NCBI RefSeq assembly: GCF_009914755.1
Contig: NC_060940.1
Length of the DNA stretch: 64,000 bases
Strand: one strand, 5' to 3'
DNA from: the human T2T-CHM13v2.0 reference genome, Homo sapiens
Part shown: one piece after another, positions 1-10,930 of the stretch
Position numbering within the stretch: position 1 is the stretch's first letter
Layout: every line of letters starts with the position of its first letter
Position numbers and translations under genes: made by a program
Notes under the pieces: generated by a model
Told to the model about the DNA's origin: nothing
What the model saw: the letters and a program-made list of their open reading frames with translations, nothing else
Database searches by the model: none

Positions 1-683
1 CCAAACATGGAGCAGACCTTTTGCTCAGCACACAGCAGTATCTAGCTAGAACTTACAATTTTTGGATTTCATTTCATTGCTTAAGGGTTACCTCTTTGTT
101 GCGGGTGATTCTACCTTCCATCTATGGTAATAAAACATTTCCCTTGAAATAAAATTTACTTAAGGAAATCATGTAACTTAATTTGCAGGAAATATTAATT
201 AAATAACAGAACAGCTGGGGACTTGGACAGATCTGGCAAAAAAAAAAAAAAAAATACAAGTGAAGCTCCAGTGACTGGTGTGACAGCCTCAGCTTAGAGA
301 TGAAAATGAAGGCATGGCTATAAAATTAGGCTGCCCGAGATTCGAATCCATGCCCCCCACCAAGGCTCTGCTACCTACCTGCAGTGTGACCCAAGCCCGT
401 TATTTAACCCTGTGCCCCAGTTTCCTCATCTGCAAAATGAAGGTAGTAATAGTCATACCTGATTCATACAGTTCTTGTGAGGATTAATTGGGATACTACG
501 CATGAATTACTTAGAATCATGCCTAGCGTCTAGCGACATGGGTGAGCTGGCAGTCACCGCTGTTATTAGCAAGAAGCAACCTGAGAATGGGACCAGGTGG
601 GTCTGACTTCATGGCTGTGCTGATTCAAATCCTCTGCACAGCTGCTATGACGCAAAATAATAATTATTATTCTAGTTCTGTCT

Positions 684-1290
<607 letters not shown>

Positions 1291-1549
1291 AAACAAACAG
1301 CAGCAATGAAAGAATCAAGCAGAGAGGGCTGATTCCAATGACTGGGCACACATCACGTATTAAGCACTTTTCAGGCATCCTCTGATTGAACTTCACCCAT
1401 GAGGTGGGTAGTTCTTAACCTCATTTCCAGGTAGGAAAAGAGGTTCAAGACCTAAGGTCTATGTGAGGTTGGGTAGGCAGGGATTGCTGTGGACCGGAAT
1501 GGGGTGGGAGAACACGTTGGTCTCCGACGACTACAGGGCGTGGGAGAGG

Positions 1550-2120
1550 GCTCGCTATTGTGGCCTTGACCTGGCATGCCCTTGGGACATGCCCTCCCCG
1601 GGCCTGGGGTCTTCCAAGAGCCCTGAGATCCCGGCAGGCAGGACGTACCACGAGAACTGGGAACCACGTGAAGGCCAGAAGGGCTGCGGAGCCCGCAGTG
1701 CTGCCGAGAGGCCGAGAGGAAGCCGAGGGAAGCCGAGTGTGGCCGAGCCGAGCCAAGTCAAGCCGAGCGTGGCCGAGCCACGCCGAGTGGGCCTGGGGCA
1801 GCGGTTGGTGGGGAGAGCGGCGCAATGACGTCACTGGCGCGGCGCGTGGTGGCCTCTCGAGAGTGCAGGCGCCGTGGGGCGTCAGCTGGACAAAAGCCGA
1901 CCCGACTTCATTTGTCTGCCTCGACCCCGACCCCGGCTGGTAGACAGCACTCCTGATGCACGGGACGAGGGAGCGGCACGAGCAAAGGCCCTGAAACAGG
2001 AGGGAGCGCGGTGAGTGCCTTGCCCAGATCCCTGGGCCGTCGTGGGACTTGGGCCTTCTGTGCGCTGCGGGGAGCCGTGCAGGGCTGCGGCGTGGGATGC
2101 CGGACTCGCCCTGGGTGTCG
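1550..2120 (+). promoter_or_regulatory. Second CpG island / plus-strand promoter
   Basis: CpG-rich unique sequence; perfect CRE TGACGTCA 1826-1833; E-box CACGTG 1665-1670. Confidence 0.75.
1850..2010 (+). ncRNA. Candidate first exon of a plus-strand transcript antisense to SOCS1 and the protamine cluster (recalled as distal RMI2 5' exon / lncRNA); start approximate
   Basis: Splice donor GCG|GTGAGT at 2010/2011 just downstream of the CRE; identity rests on recollection of annotation. Confidence 0.5.
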
Positions 2121-3113
2121 GGGGAAGGAGATGGGGGAGGTTGTACTGGGGCCATACAGTCATTGTAGAACCTGTTCCCCCCGAGGGCCGTCTGTCGGGT
2201 CCCAGAGCCAGGACCACGGTTGGGACAATTTGAGCGCCCACCTGAGCACCGTTGTCCCTGTGCGAATGTGCTTTGGTGAAAACTGTGCCTCCTTCTCTAG
2301 AGGAAACTAGATACCCGCTACCCGCAAATCAGGCCAAGCCCACCATGTTATTCCTGGTAAGCTCCTAGCCCTGGGGAGGCTCCGAGTGATGGCAGTGGGA
2401 GGCCAGGTGAGAGGTACAAAGCTGGCATCCAGGTGGAACTGGCCACACCCACCATGGCCCAGCATCCACCAGGCAGGTCCTGTGGCCTTCCCTTGCCGTT
2501 GGTCTGATTGGCTGGAGCCAAAGGGCCTGGCCGAGAATGAACCGCTCCCTTGTAAATATACACCATGAGGCAGGAAGCCGAAGCCCATTTCACCAGGCCC
2601 TCTGCTTAGATCATCTCCATCCAGCAGCCAGGCCAGATCAGGTTACCTCCACGTTCCCCATCAATCTTGAAATCCACACTTTCCACCAAGGTCTACAGGA
2701 CCCCACGTGCCCGGGCCCCTGCCCATCCCTCCCGCTTCTTCACCCCTCCCACTCTGCCAGCCTTCTTGAACGGGCCGAACTCCTTCCTGACTGAGCGCCT
2801 TTGCACTCGCTCTTCCCTCTGCCTGGACTGCTCATCTCATCTCCTGGCTTTGCCGGGCTGGTGCCTTTCTGTCATTCCAGGCACAATAATTTCAGTGTCA
2901 CCTCCTGACCTTTCTAAAAGAGCCCCATCCACTGTCCAACCACCCTGTCGAGTTTTCATCTGACCACTGTCACTATGTACTTGGAATGTTCCTTTTCCTT
3001 TATTTCATGTTTGGTTATTTACTGTCCAAGGCCCTGAATGTAAACTCTGTAAGCAGGGTTCAGACCCCTCTATTTTGTTCATTCCTGTATCCTTTCGGCT
3101 TAGATTAATGCCT

Positions 3114-4045
3114 GGCTGGGCGCAGTGGCTCACACCTATAGTCCCAGCATCTTGGGAGGCTGAGGTGAGAGGATCACTTGAGCCCAGGAGTTGGAGACTG
3201 GCCTAGACAACATAGGGAGACCCCATCTTGGCAAAAATAAATTAGCCAGACATGGTGGTGCATGCCTGTAGTCCCAGTTACTCAGGAGGCTCAGGTGGGA
3301 GGATCGCTTGAGTCCAGCAGGTCAAGGCTACAGGAGCTGTGATCACACCACTCCACTCCAGCCTGGGTAACAGAGTGAGACCCTATCTCTTAAAAAAAAA
3401 AAAAAAAAGAAAGAAAGAAAAAGAAAAAGAGGAGGAAAAGGATAATGCCTGTAACGTAGGAGGTGCTCAGTCAGTGTTTGCTATATTAACCTCAACTATC
3501 ATTATTGGCACCGCATCATTCAGAGATGTATTTAGCGCCTACTGCATGCTAAGTTGTGCGCTAAGCACTTTCTACCTATTATGTCATAGAAGAGGCTCAG
3601 TTCGCCGCTTCCTGGGATAATGACAGTACCTACTCATAAGGTTGGGAGGATCAAGTAGGCTGAGGCCTAGGAATATGCATTTTCACCAGATTCCTCCCTT
3701 ATCCCATCCCCTCTCCCACTATTTAAGCAACCCATCCTGCGCTGGGCACAGTGATTCCTGCCTGTAATCCCAACACTCTGGGAGGCTGAGGTGGGAGGAT
3801 CGCTTGAACCCAGGAGTTTGAGACCAGCCTGGGCAACATAGCGAGGCCCCCTCTCTACCAAAAACAAGAAAATTAGATGGGTGTGGTGGCTCACACCTGT
3901 AGTCCCAGCTACTCAGTCCCTGCGCTGAGGCGGGAGGATTGCTTGAACCCAGGAGTTTGATTCTGCAGTGACCTGTGATCTCGCCACTGCATTCCAGCCT
4001 AGGTGACAGAGCAAGACTCTGTCTTAAAAAAAAAAAAAGAAGAAG
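3114..4045 (+). mobile_element. Two AluJ elements (about 3114-3430 and 3740-4045)
   Basis: Alu consensus with A tails. Confidence 0.9.
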
Positions 4046-4488
4046 AAACCTGTCTTGTTGTTTAGAGTGGGATGGATTTGGTCCAAGTCCTGGCCATCAC
4101 TTACGAGCTGTGTGACCTTGAGTAGGTGGCTGCACTTGTCTGAGCCTCCATTTCCTCATCTGGAAAACGGGGGCCAGAGTTTTCAGCTCAAGGGTGGCTT
4201 GGAGGCTGGTCACAGGCTGTCCCCACACCCACACACAGTCCTTGTCATTCCAAAGAGTGCCTCCTTTCCCATGGTGCCCGCCCCACACTGCCCTGGCTCA
4301 CCCGCTCAGTGGGGAGGACACCTCCACTGCACCTGGGCCCCCAACTCAGTCTCTTGCACACACAAACCCTCCTCTCACTTTTCATTCTTGTAAATTGACG
4401 TCAGCGCTGCTGAATCATGAAGCTGAGGTTTGAGAGAGAGACAGAATCTGCACCACCCGGGAAGCCACATGGCGCTGGTGCGCGCGCA

Positions 4489-4528
<40 letters not shown>
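4489..4528. repeat. (CA)n microsatellite preceded by (GC)n
   Basis: gtgcgcgcgcaga followed by about 19 CA units. Confidence 0.95.
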
Positions 4529-4529
<1 letters not shown>

Positions 4530-5324
4530 CCTTTTCCCCCTTCAGTGATGCCTGCACACACTTTGTCACACGGGACGTGGGGTGCAGCTCCCAGGGCTTT
4601 AGGTCACTGTACCTATGTTAGTATGGATTTAAGTGACTCATAAAGGGAGGAAGGGGCCAGCTCTGGGAAGTGTGATCAGAGGGGGCCTTTACTCTTAGCT
4701 GTTCTGCTTCAAGTTCTGCAAGGGGAATGGGTTTGGATACCCAACACTTGCGTAAGGAAAATACGATTTTCATACTTTTTTCAAAGGAGGAAAAAAAACT
4801 GTAACATATTGCAAGCTACCTGCTAGCTGACCCCTCTTTCGAGGAGGACCTGTTTTCCCATCTGTAAAACGGGGATGTTCACAGTCCCTACATCGGAAGG
4901 CTGGGTGTGAGTTCAATGTTTTACACAGGTGATGCGGGACCTGGGAGCAGTTCCTGCACAGACAATGCTACATAGAAATATGAGCAGCTGCTATTATTAC
5001 TGCAGCGGTTAGGTCCTCCGGTTGCCTAGTGGTACCCAGCCTCTGAAAAAGTCCTGAGTGGGTTTGCAAAACCTGGCTCCACCCCTTGTTGTGGTCCTGC
5101 TTTGCCTCTCGGAGCCCGTTTTCCCATCTGTAAAATGGGGCCAGCACAGCCACTGAGTGGTCACTAAGGGTCTGTGAGTATACTAGTATTACAACCAGAT
5201 CCCCAAGCATTGCCATCTTGGATTTCTGTTTCTCCAGACACTGCCCACAGCAGGCAACAGACAGGAAAGAACAAGGACAGGACTTAATTAATCCACAGCA
5301 GAGAAGAAAGGGCAGGGGTGTGGC

Positions 5325-5357
<33 letters not shown>

Positions 5358-6669
5358 GAAAAAGCAAGATTTTTGGAGATAGAGACAAGACATCACCTCC
5401 TTCCCTCCCACTTCACCTTATTAAGGGATGAAATTGCCAAAGCTCTCTGAGATCCTAAATCTCTTCTGGCCATCCTTAAAGTCCTGGAGCCTACTTAATC
5501 CCCAAGACAGGCCTGGGCTGCTCTGACTCTCTGACCATCAAGTTAATTTTATGTTGTACTTTCAAGTCTGAGAAGTATTATTAAGCATTAGAACACTATT
5601 ATATGTGTCTCCAAGGCTGAAGAGGGCCACTCTATCTTCTAAAGATGAAGTATGACGTGTCCACCAGGCTGCTTAACCCTAAACCTGAAAATGACTCAGT
5701 TCACCATGTGTTGAGTACAACCCTCAAGTTACCACCATGGCCCATGTGTCAGGCTGGCCAAAGACACAGAAGTTGCCAGAAACCCAGGTCCTGGACACTT
5801 TCTGGTGCTGTGGGCCAGCCCCACAAACGTCCTGGAGCCACTCTTCCCTTCCCTGGCTCCTGAAAACATCCACCTCCTCTATGATGCGCAGAAAGTTGCC
5901 CTTAGAAAGGTGGAGGCCCAGGGAGGCAAGGGGAATTGCCCTAGCCGCCAGCAGCACCCTCCCGCCACCACAGACCACACAGTCTCCTTCTGGCTCCAAG
6001 TTGTGTGTTCACCAAAAAGTACACAAGACAGAGCAGGGTGAGAAGAAGGAAGCTAGACCCAGCCCTGTATCCCCCATCTCATCTCAACTGAGTATCCCTT
6101 GATGCTGGTTCAGAATGTGCCACTCCTCTGTCCAAAAACTCACTAAGCCCCCACCCCCACCCCTTCCTGGAAGCTGTTGTGGTCATAGAACCAAAGAAGT
6201 TTCCTCTCTGTTATCCATTTCAAGCAGATGTTTAGTGGACAGCCAAAAAAAGGCCCAAGTGTTGTCTTTGACAGGAATGGCCACAGGCAGATTTACTCAG
6301 TTTTCCCTTCTGTAGAATGGAAATAAGAGCCCGTGCCTCACAGGGTTGTGCCTCTCTTTATAGGATTAAGTAAATTTAAGTATGCAAAGCACAGAATTAG
6401 GGCTGGCACGCACAAAGTGCTCAAACGCGAGCTGCTGTCTTACCGGACACACGCCAAAACTAGACCAACCGTTTCTCTCCCTGGAGAGTTGTGGGTGGAA
6501 CCGTGAGGGATGCCCAGCCACAGGGCAGGCCCCGTACACCACCTGCAGCCCAGCAGGTCAGCCTTAGGACCCTCTCCCCTGGAGCTGTTCAGAACCAAGT
6601 TAAACTTTTGGCCAAAGCACACTCGCTAGAAAACTTATTTTTTTAAAAAAAAAAACTTTCATAATAAAG

Positions 6670-6675
6670 TTTATT
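6670..6675 (-). terminator. SOCS1 polyadenylation signal AATAAA
   Basis: tttatt on plus strand, about 400 nt past the SOCS1 stop, in an AU-rich 3'UTR end. Confidence 0.85.
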
Positions 6676-6758
6676 ACCTAAACTGACTTTAAAAAATATA
6701 AAATAGGATTCTGCACAGCAGAAAAATAAAGCCAGAGACCCTCCCCCAACCCCTGGTT

Positions 6759-7048
6759 TGTGCAAAGATACTGGGTATATGTAAACATGAAGAGGTAGGA
6801 GGTGCGAGTTCAGGTCCTGGCTCCAGATACAGTTAAGCTGCTACAACAACCAGGGGGACCCAGAGGGAGCACCAGGAGGGGGAGGACCCCCTCAAGAGGT
6901 GAGAAGGGGTCTGCGGCCTCGTCTCCAGCCGAGGGCGGGAGGCGCCTCGCCCCTACACCCATCCGCTCCCTCCAACCCAGGCCGGGGAGGGTACCCACAT
7001 GGTTCCAGGCAAGTAATAACAAAATAACACGGCATCCCAGTTAATGCT
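6759..7048 (-). promoter_or_regulatory. SOCS1 3'UTR miRNA 8-mer sites: miR-155 (7041-7048), miR-30 (6780-6787), miR-19 (6759-6766)
   Basis: mRNA-sense AGCATTAA, TGTTTACA and TTTGCACA match those seed families; all are known SOCS1 regulators. Confidence 0.85.
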
Positions 7049-7071
7049 GCGTGCACGGCGGGCGCTGCCGG

Positions 7072-7707
7072 TCAAATCTGGAAGGGGAAGGAGCTCAGGT
7101 AGTCGCGGAGGACGGGGTTGAGGGGGATGCGAGCCAGGTTCTCGCGGCCCACGGTGGCCACGATGCGCTGGCGGCACAGCTCCTGCAGCGGCCGCACGCG
7201 GCGCTGGCGCAGCGGGGCCCCCAGCATGCGGCGCGGCGCCGCCACGTAGTGCTCCAGCAGCTCGAAGAGGCAGTCGAAGCTCTCGCGGCTGCCATCCAGG
7301 TGAAAGCGGCCGGCCTGAAAGTGCACGCGGATGCTCGTGGGTCCCGAGGCCATCTTCACGCTAAGGGCGAAAAAGCAGTTCCGCTGGCGGCTGTCGCGCA
7401 CCAGGAAGGTGCCCACGGGCTCGGCGCGCAGCCGCTCGTGCGCCCCGTGCACGCTCAGGGGCCCCCAGTAGAATCCGCAGGCGTCCAGGAGCGCGCTGGC
7501 GCGCGTGATGCGCCGGTAATCGGCGTGCGAACGGAATGTGCGGAAGTGCGTGTCGCCGGGGGCCGGGGCCGGGACCGCGGGGCACGGCCGCGGGCGCGCG
7601 GGGGCCGCGGGCGAGGAGGAGGAAGAGGAGGAAGGTTCTGGCCGCCGTCGGGGCTCTGCTGCTGTGGAGACTGCATTGTCGGCTGCCACCTGGTTGTGTG
7701 CTACCAT
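7072..7707 (-). CDS. SOCS1: Suppressor of cytokine signaling 1, 211 aa, entire CDS in exon 2
   Basis: ATG at 7705-7707 gives [13 protein letters not shown]...; KIR (HFRTFRS), SH2 (GFYWG...FLVRDS) and SOCS box ([12 protein letters not shown]...[12 protein letters not shown]); 636 nt = 211 aa + stop. Confidence 0.99.
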   Translation of the reverse strand: MVAHNQVAADNAVSTAAEPRRRPEPSSSSSSSPAAPARPRPCPAVPAPAPGDTHFRTFRSHADYRRITRASALLDACGFYWGPLSVHGAHERLRAEPVGTFLVRDSRQRNCFFALSVKMASGPTSIRVHFQAGRFHLDGSRESFDCLFELLEHYVAAPRRMLGAPLRQRRVRPLQELCRQRIVATVGRENLARIPLNPVLRDYLSSFPFQI

Positions 7708-8307
7708 CCTACAGAAGGGGCCAGCCGGAGGGGTGGGCCATAGCGTCCGGGGGTGCGCTGCGGGAGAGACAAAGCGGTGAGCTGGGGCGCTGCGGGGCCG
7801 GGCAGGTGTGCGCCGGCCGGACAACTCCGGAGGGCGGCGCTCCCGGCGGACCCGGCCCTAGGGGGCGAGCACGGAGCACCAAGTCCGCGCGGATCCGTTC
7901 AGCCTCAGTGGACACAGCTAGAAAATGGGCTCTGTACTCCGCGGAGCTCTTCCCGGCGGGTGGGGGCTCGGTGGAGGCGGAGTCCGGCCTCCGGGCAGCA
8001 CCGAGAGGGGGGCGTGGAGAGCAGCCGGTTCTGGCTCCAGCCGTCCGGCTCCGGCTCGCCGCCCCGCGCCCGCCGCCTGCTGGCCAGGCTGGGATCCGCG
8101 CCTGGTCTGGGCGATTTGGGCTAGGGCCGGAGAAAGGCTGTGCTGCGGGAGCCCCGCGCGCGGGGGGCGGCCTGGGTGGGGCCGGCGAGGGTCAGGGGCA
8201 TCGCGGCCGCGACCCCATCCTGCAGCCCCCGAGGCTCGCCCGACTCCTGGCTGCCCTGGACTCCCCTCCCTCCTCCCTCCCGCCTCCTCGCCCAGGGCCC
8301 GGCTCAC

Positions 8308-8430
8308 CTGGCGGCGGGGCGCGGGACGCCGCGGGCGGGACGGCGGGGGGCTCCGGGGCGCTCCGGGGCGGCTCTCGCGCATGCTCCGGGGCCAGGAGCC
8401 GTGCAGCTGCCACGGCCGCAGCTCGCTCTG
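8308..8430 (-). other. SOCS1: SOCS1 non-coding exon 1 (intron 7758-8307, 550 nt); 5' end approximate
   Basis: Donor CAG|GTGAG at 8308/8307; acceptor CTTTGTCTCTCCCGCAG| at 7758/7757; TTTAAAA TATA-like motif near 8456-8462. Confidence 0.85.
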
Positions 8431-8527
8431 CTCGGCGCCCGCCCCTGCGCCAGTCTTTTAAACCGGCTCGGAGGCGGGGCTGGCGACGGCGGGAGGCCCC
8501 GCCCCCTGCCGGCCCCGCCCCCAGCTA

Positions 8528-8547
8528 CACTTTTGGTTTCTCTTTCC
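8528..8547 (-). promoter_or_regulatory. SOCS1 promoter IRF element
   Basis: Minus strand GGAAAGAGAAACCAAAAGTG (tandem GAAA units) about 100 bp upstream of exon 1; SOCS1 is a known IRF1 target. Confidence 0.75.
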
Positions 8548-9020
8548 GCGGTGGCGTCCGGCGAGGACCGCTTCGGCCCTGTTTCCCTCTCTTCTGGACC
8601 CTCCCGCGGGGCCCTCTGCCCGCCTGTTCGCACCTGCCCCAGCACCCGCCTCTCGAGGGGCTCTGGCCCCGACCCTGCGCCTTCCGGCCACTTCTCGGAC
8701 CCCTCCTTCGGACTTGGCGACCCCGATTTTGCCCCGCTACCTCGGGTTCCACTTTCTGCCGCCAGGCCCTCTTGGGACGCGCCCTGACACACCCTCCTCC
8801 GCCCCAGCTGTCTCCACACCCGCCGGGGGCAGAGCCCTGTCCTCTCCTCCCCTGCAGCCAGATCCCCCTAGGAGGCCACAGAAGGTGTCCCCAACCCTGA
8901 GCCTGACCCCACCCGTAGACCCCCTCCTAGCCCCTGCTCCACCCGCCGTCGACGCCCTCAGTCGCCCGCCCTGCTGTCCCGAAGCCCCGGCCGGCCGCGG
9001 TCTCTGGTCTTGGCTCGGGC

Positions 9021-9105
9021 TTCCCGGGAAGCGGCGGCCTGACCACAGGCTTCAGAGGAACCCCTGGCGGCGCGGGCGCCTCCACCCCGGCCCAGTTCCT
9101 CGGAA
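9021..9105. promoter_or_regulatory. Three STAT6-type TTC-N4-GAA sites in the SOCS1 promoter
   Basis: TTCCCGGGAA 9021-9030, TTCAGAGGAA 9051-9060, TTCCTCGGAA 9096-9105. Confidence 0.8.
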
Positions 9106-10166
9106 ACTGGGCGGGGCCGGGCAAGGTCCCTGGTGGCCTCGACTGCCCTCCCTGCGCTCCCACTACCCGGCTGCGGAAGAAACTGAGGCTGGGGAGGGGC
9201 TGGGATTTGCAATGGCTTGCAGATTGGGAGCTCTGGACCTGGATCTCGCCTTCCCCGTCTTCATTTTGGGGAGAGGTGCAGCTGGACGACATCAAATTGG
9301 AGCCCAGTGAAAAAATGGTGCATTCTCAGACGTGATGAATCCCCAAACCTGGTTTCCTAGCCCTCCTCTCCCCCGACCCCTTCCTCATAGATTTCCCCCT
9401 CCTACTGCTCCGTCAGGCATCTGCCCTTCAAAGACTGCCTTCCCACCACACACACGGCCGGGGCTTGGGATGGTGGGCGGTCGGTGGTCGGGGCTGTAAT
9501 TTGCACACGTGTTTGTGATTTAGTGATTCCGATTGTCGTGCGAGGCCATGGAGTAGGTGCCTGGCTGCTCCGTGTATTTTTGAATGAAGGCATGTGAGGA
9601 GCCCCAGCATCACAAGGGGCCACATAAAAACCTGGCTAGGCTGGGCACTTGGTTACTGGCCTCACACTGGGACACACTGCCCTCTACAGACAGCTCTCAG
9701 ACGGCTTCTCTCCTGGAAGCCCTGGTGCCCAGTCCCTTCCCGCCTCCCTGGCCCCACGATGCCTCTTTCCCCAGGCAGAGCCTAGGTCCTTATTAACCTC
9801 CTGAACACAGGGAGTGGCCCAGAATCAGCCCAGCTTAGCACCCCATCAGTGCCCTGAATCTGCATGTGGCCAGGGCTGGTGGTGGTCATTGGTGTAGCCT
9901 CCTAGGTTGTGCGTGTGTGTGCGTGCGCGTGCGTGAGGGGGTGAGAGAAGATGCAGAACCTTGCCTGCACCAGAGGTCAGGTGTGTGATCATTCGAGAGA
10001 TGTCCACTGAACATCTGCTGGAGGCCACACTCTGTGGAGGGTGATGGAATACAAGGAGACCCAGTTCCAAATCTGCACCTTTCTATTCTTGTGACCTTGA
10101 GCATGTAATTAACCTCTCTGCCATGGTTTCTTTATCTGTGAAATGGGGATAATAATAGTACCTCTA

Positions 10167-10930
<764 letters not shown>

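Larger units (their letters stand above)
7050..9250. promoter_or_regulatory. CpG island covering SOCS1 CDS, intron and promoter
   Basis: Very high GC and CpG density; GC boxes (GGGGCGGGG) around 8470-8525. Confidence 0.95.

Noticed and set aside
1703-1790. CRISPR-like repeat-spacer pattern
   Set aside because: 6-bp repeats with 4-bp spacers in human DNA; no cas genes
1445-2155. 236-aa minus-strand ORF in the first CpG island
   Set aside because: GC-rich, no domain; repeated LGHARL units merely reflect the GCCGAG array
7708-7824. N-terminal extension of SOCS1 in the ORF track (250 aa)
   Set aside because: Starts at a non-ATG codon inside the intron; real start is 7707
7536-8900. 454-aa and other long ORFs antisense to or overlapping SOCS1
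   Set aside because: Stop-poor CpG island; low-complexity Arg/Gly/Pro/Ala translations with no recognisable domain
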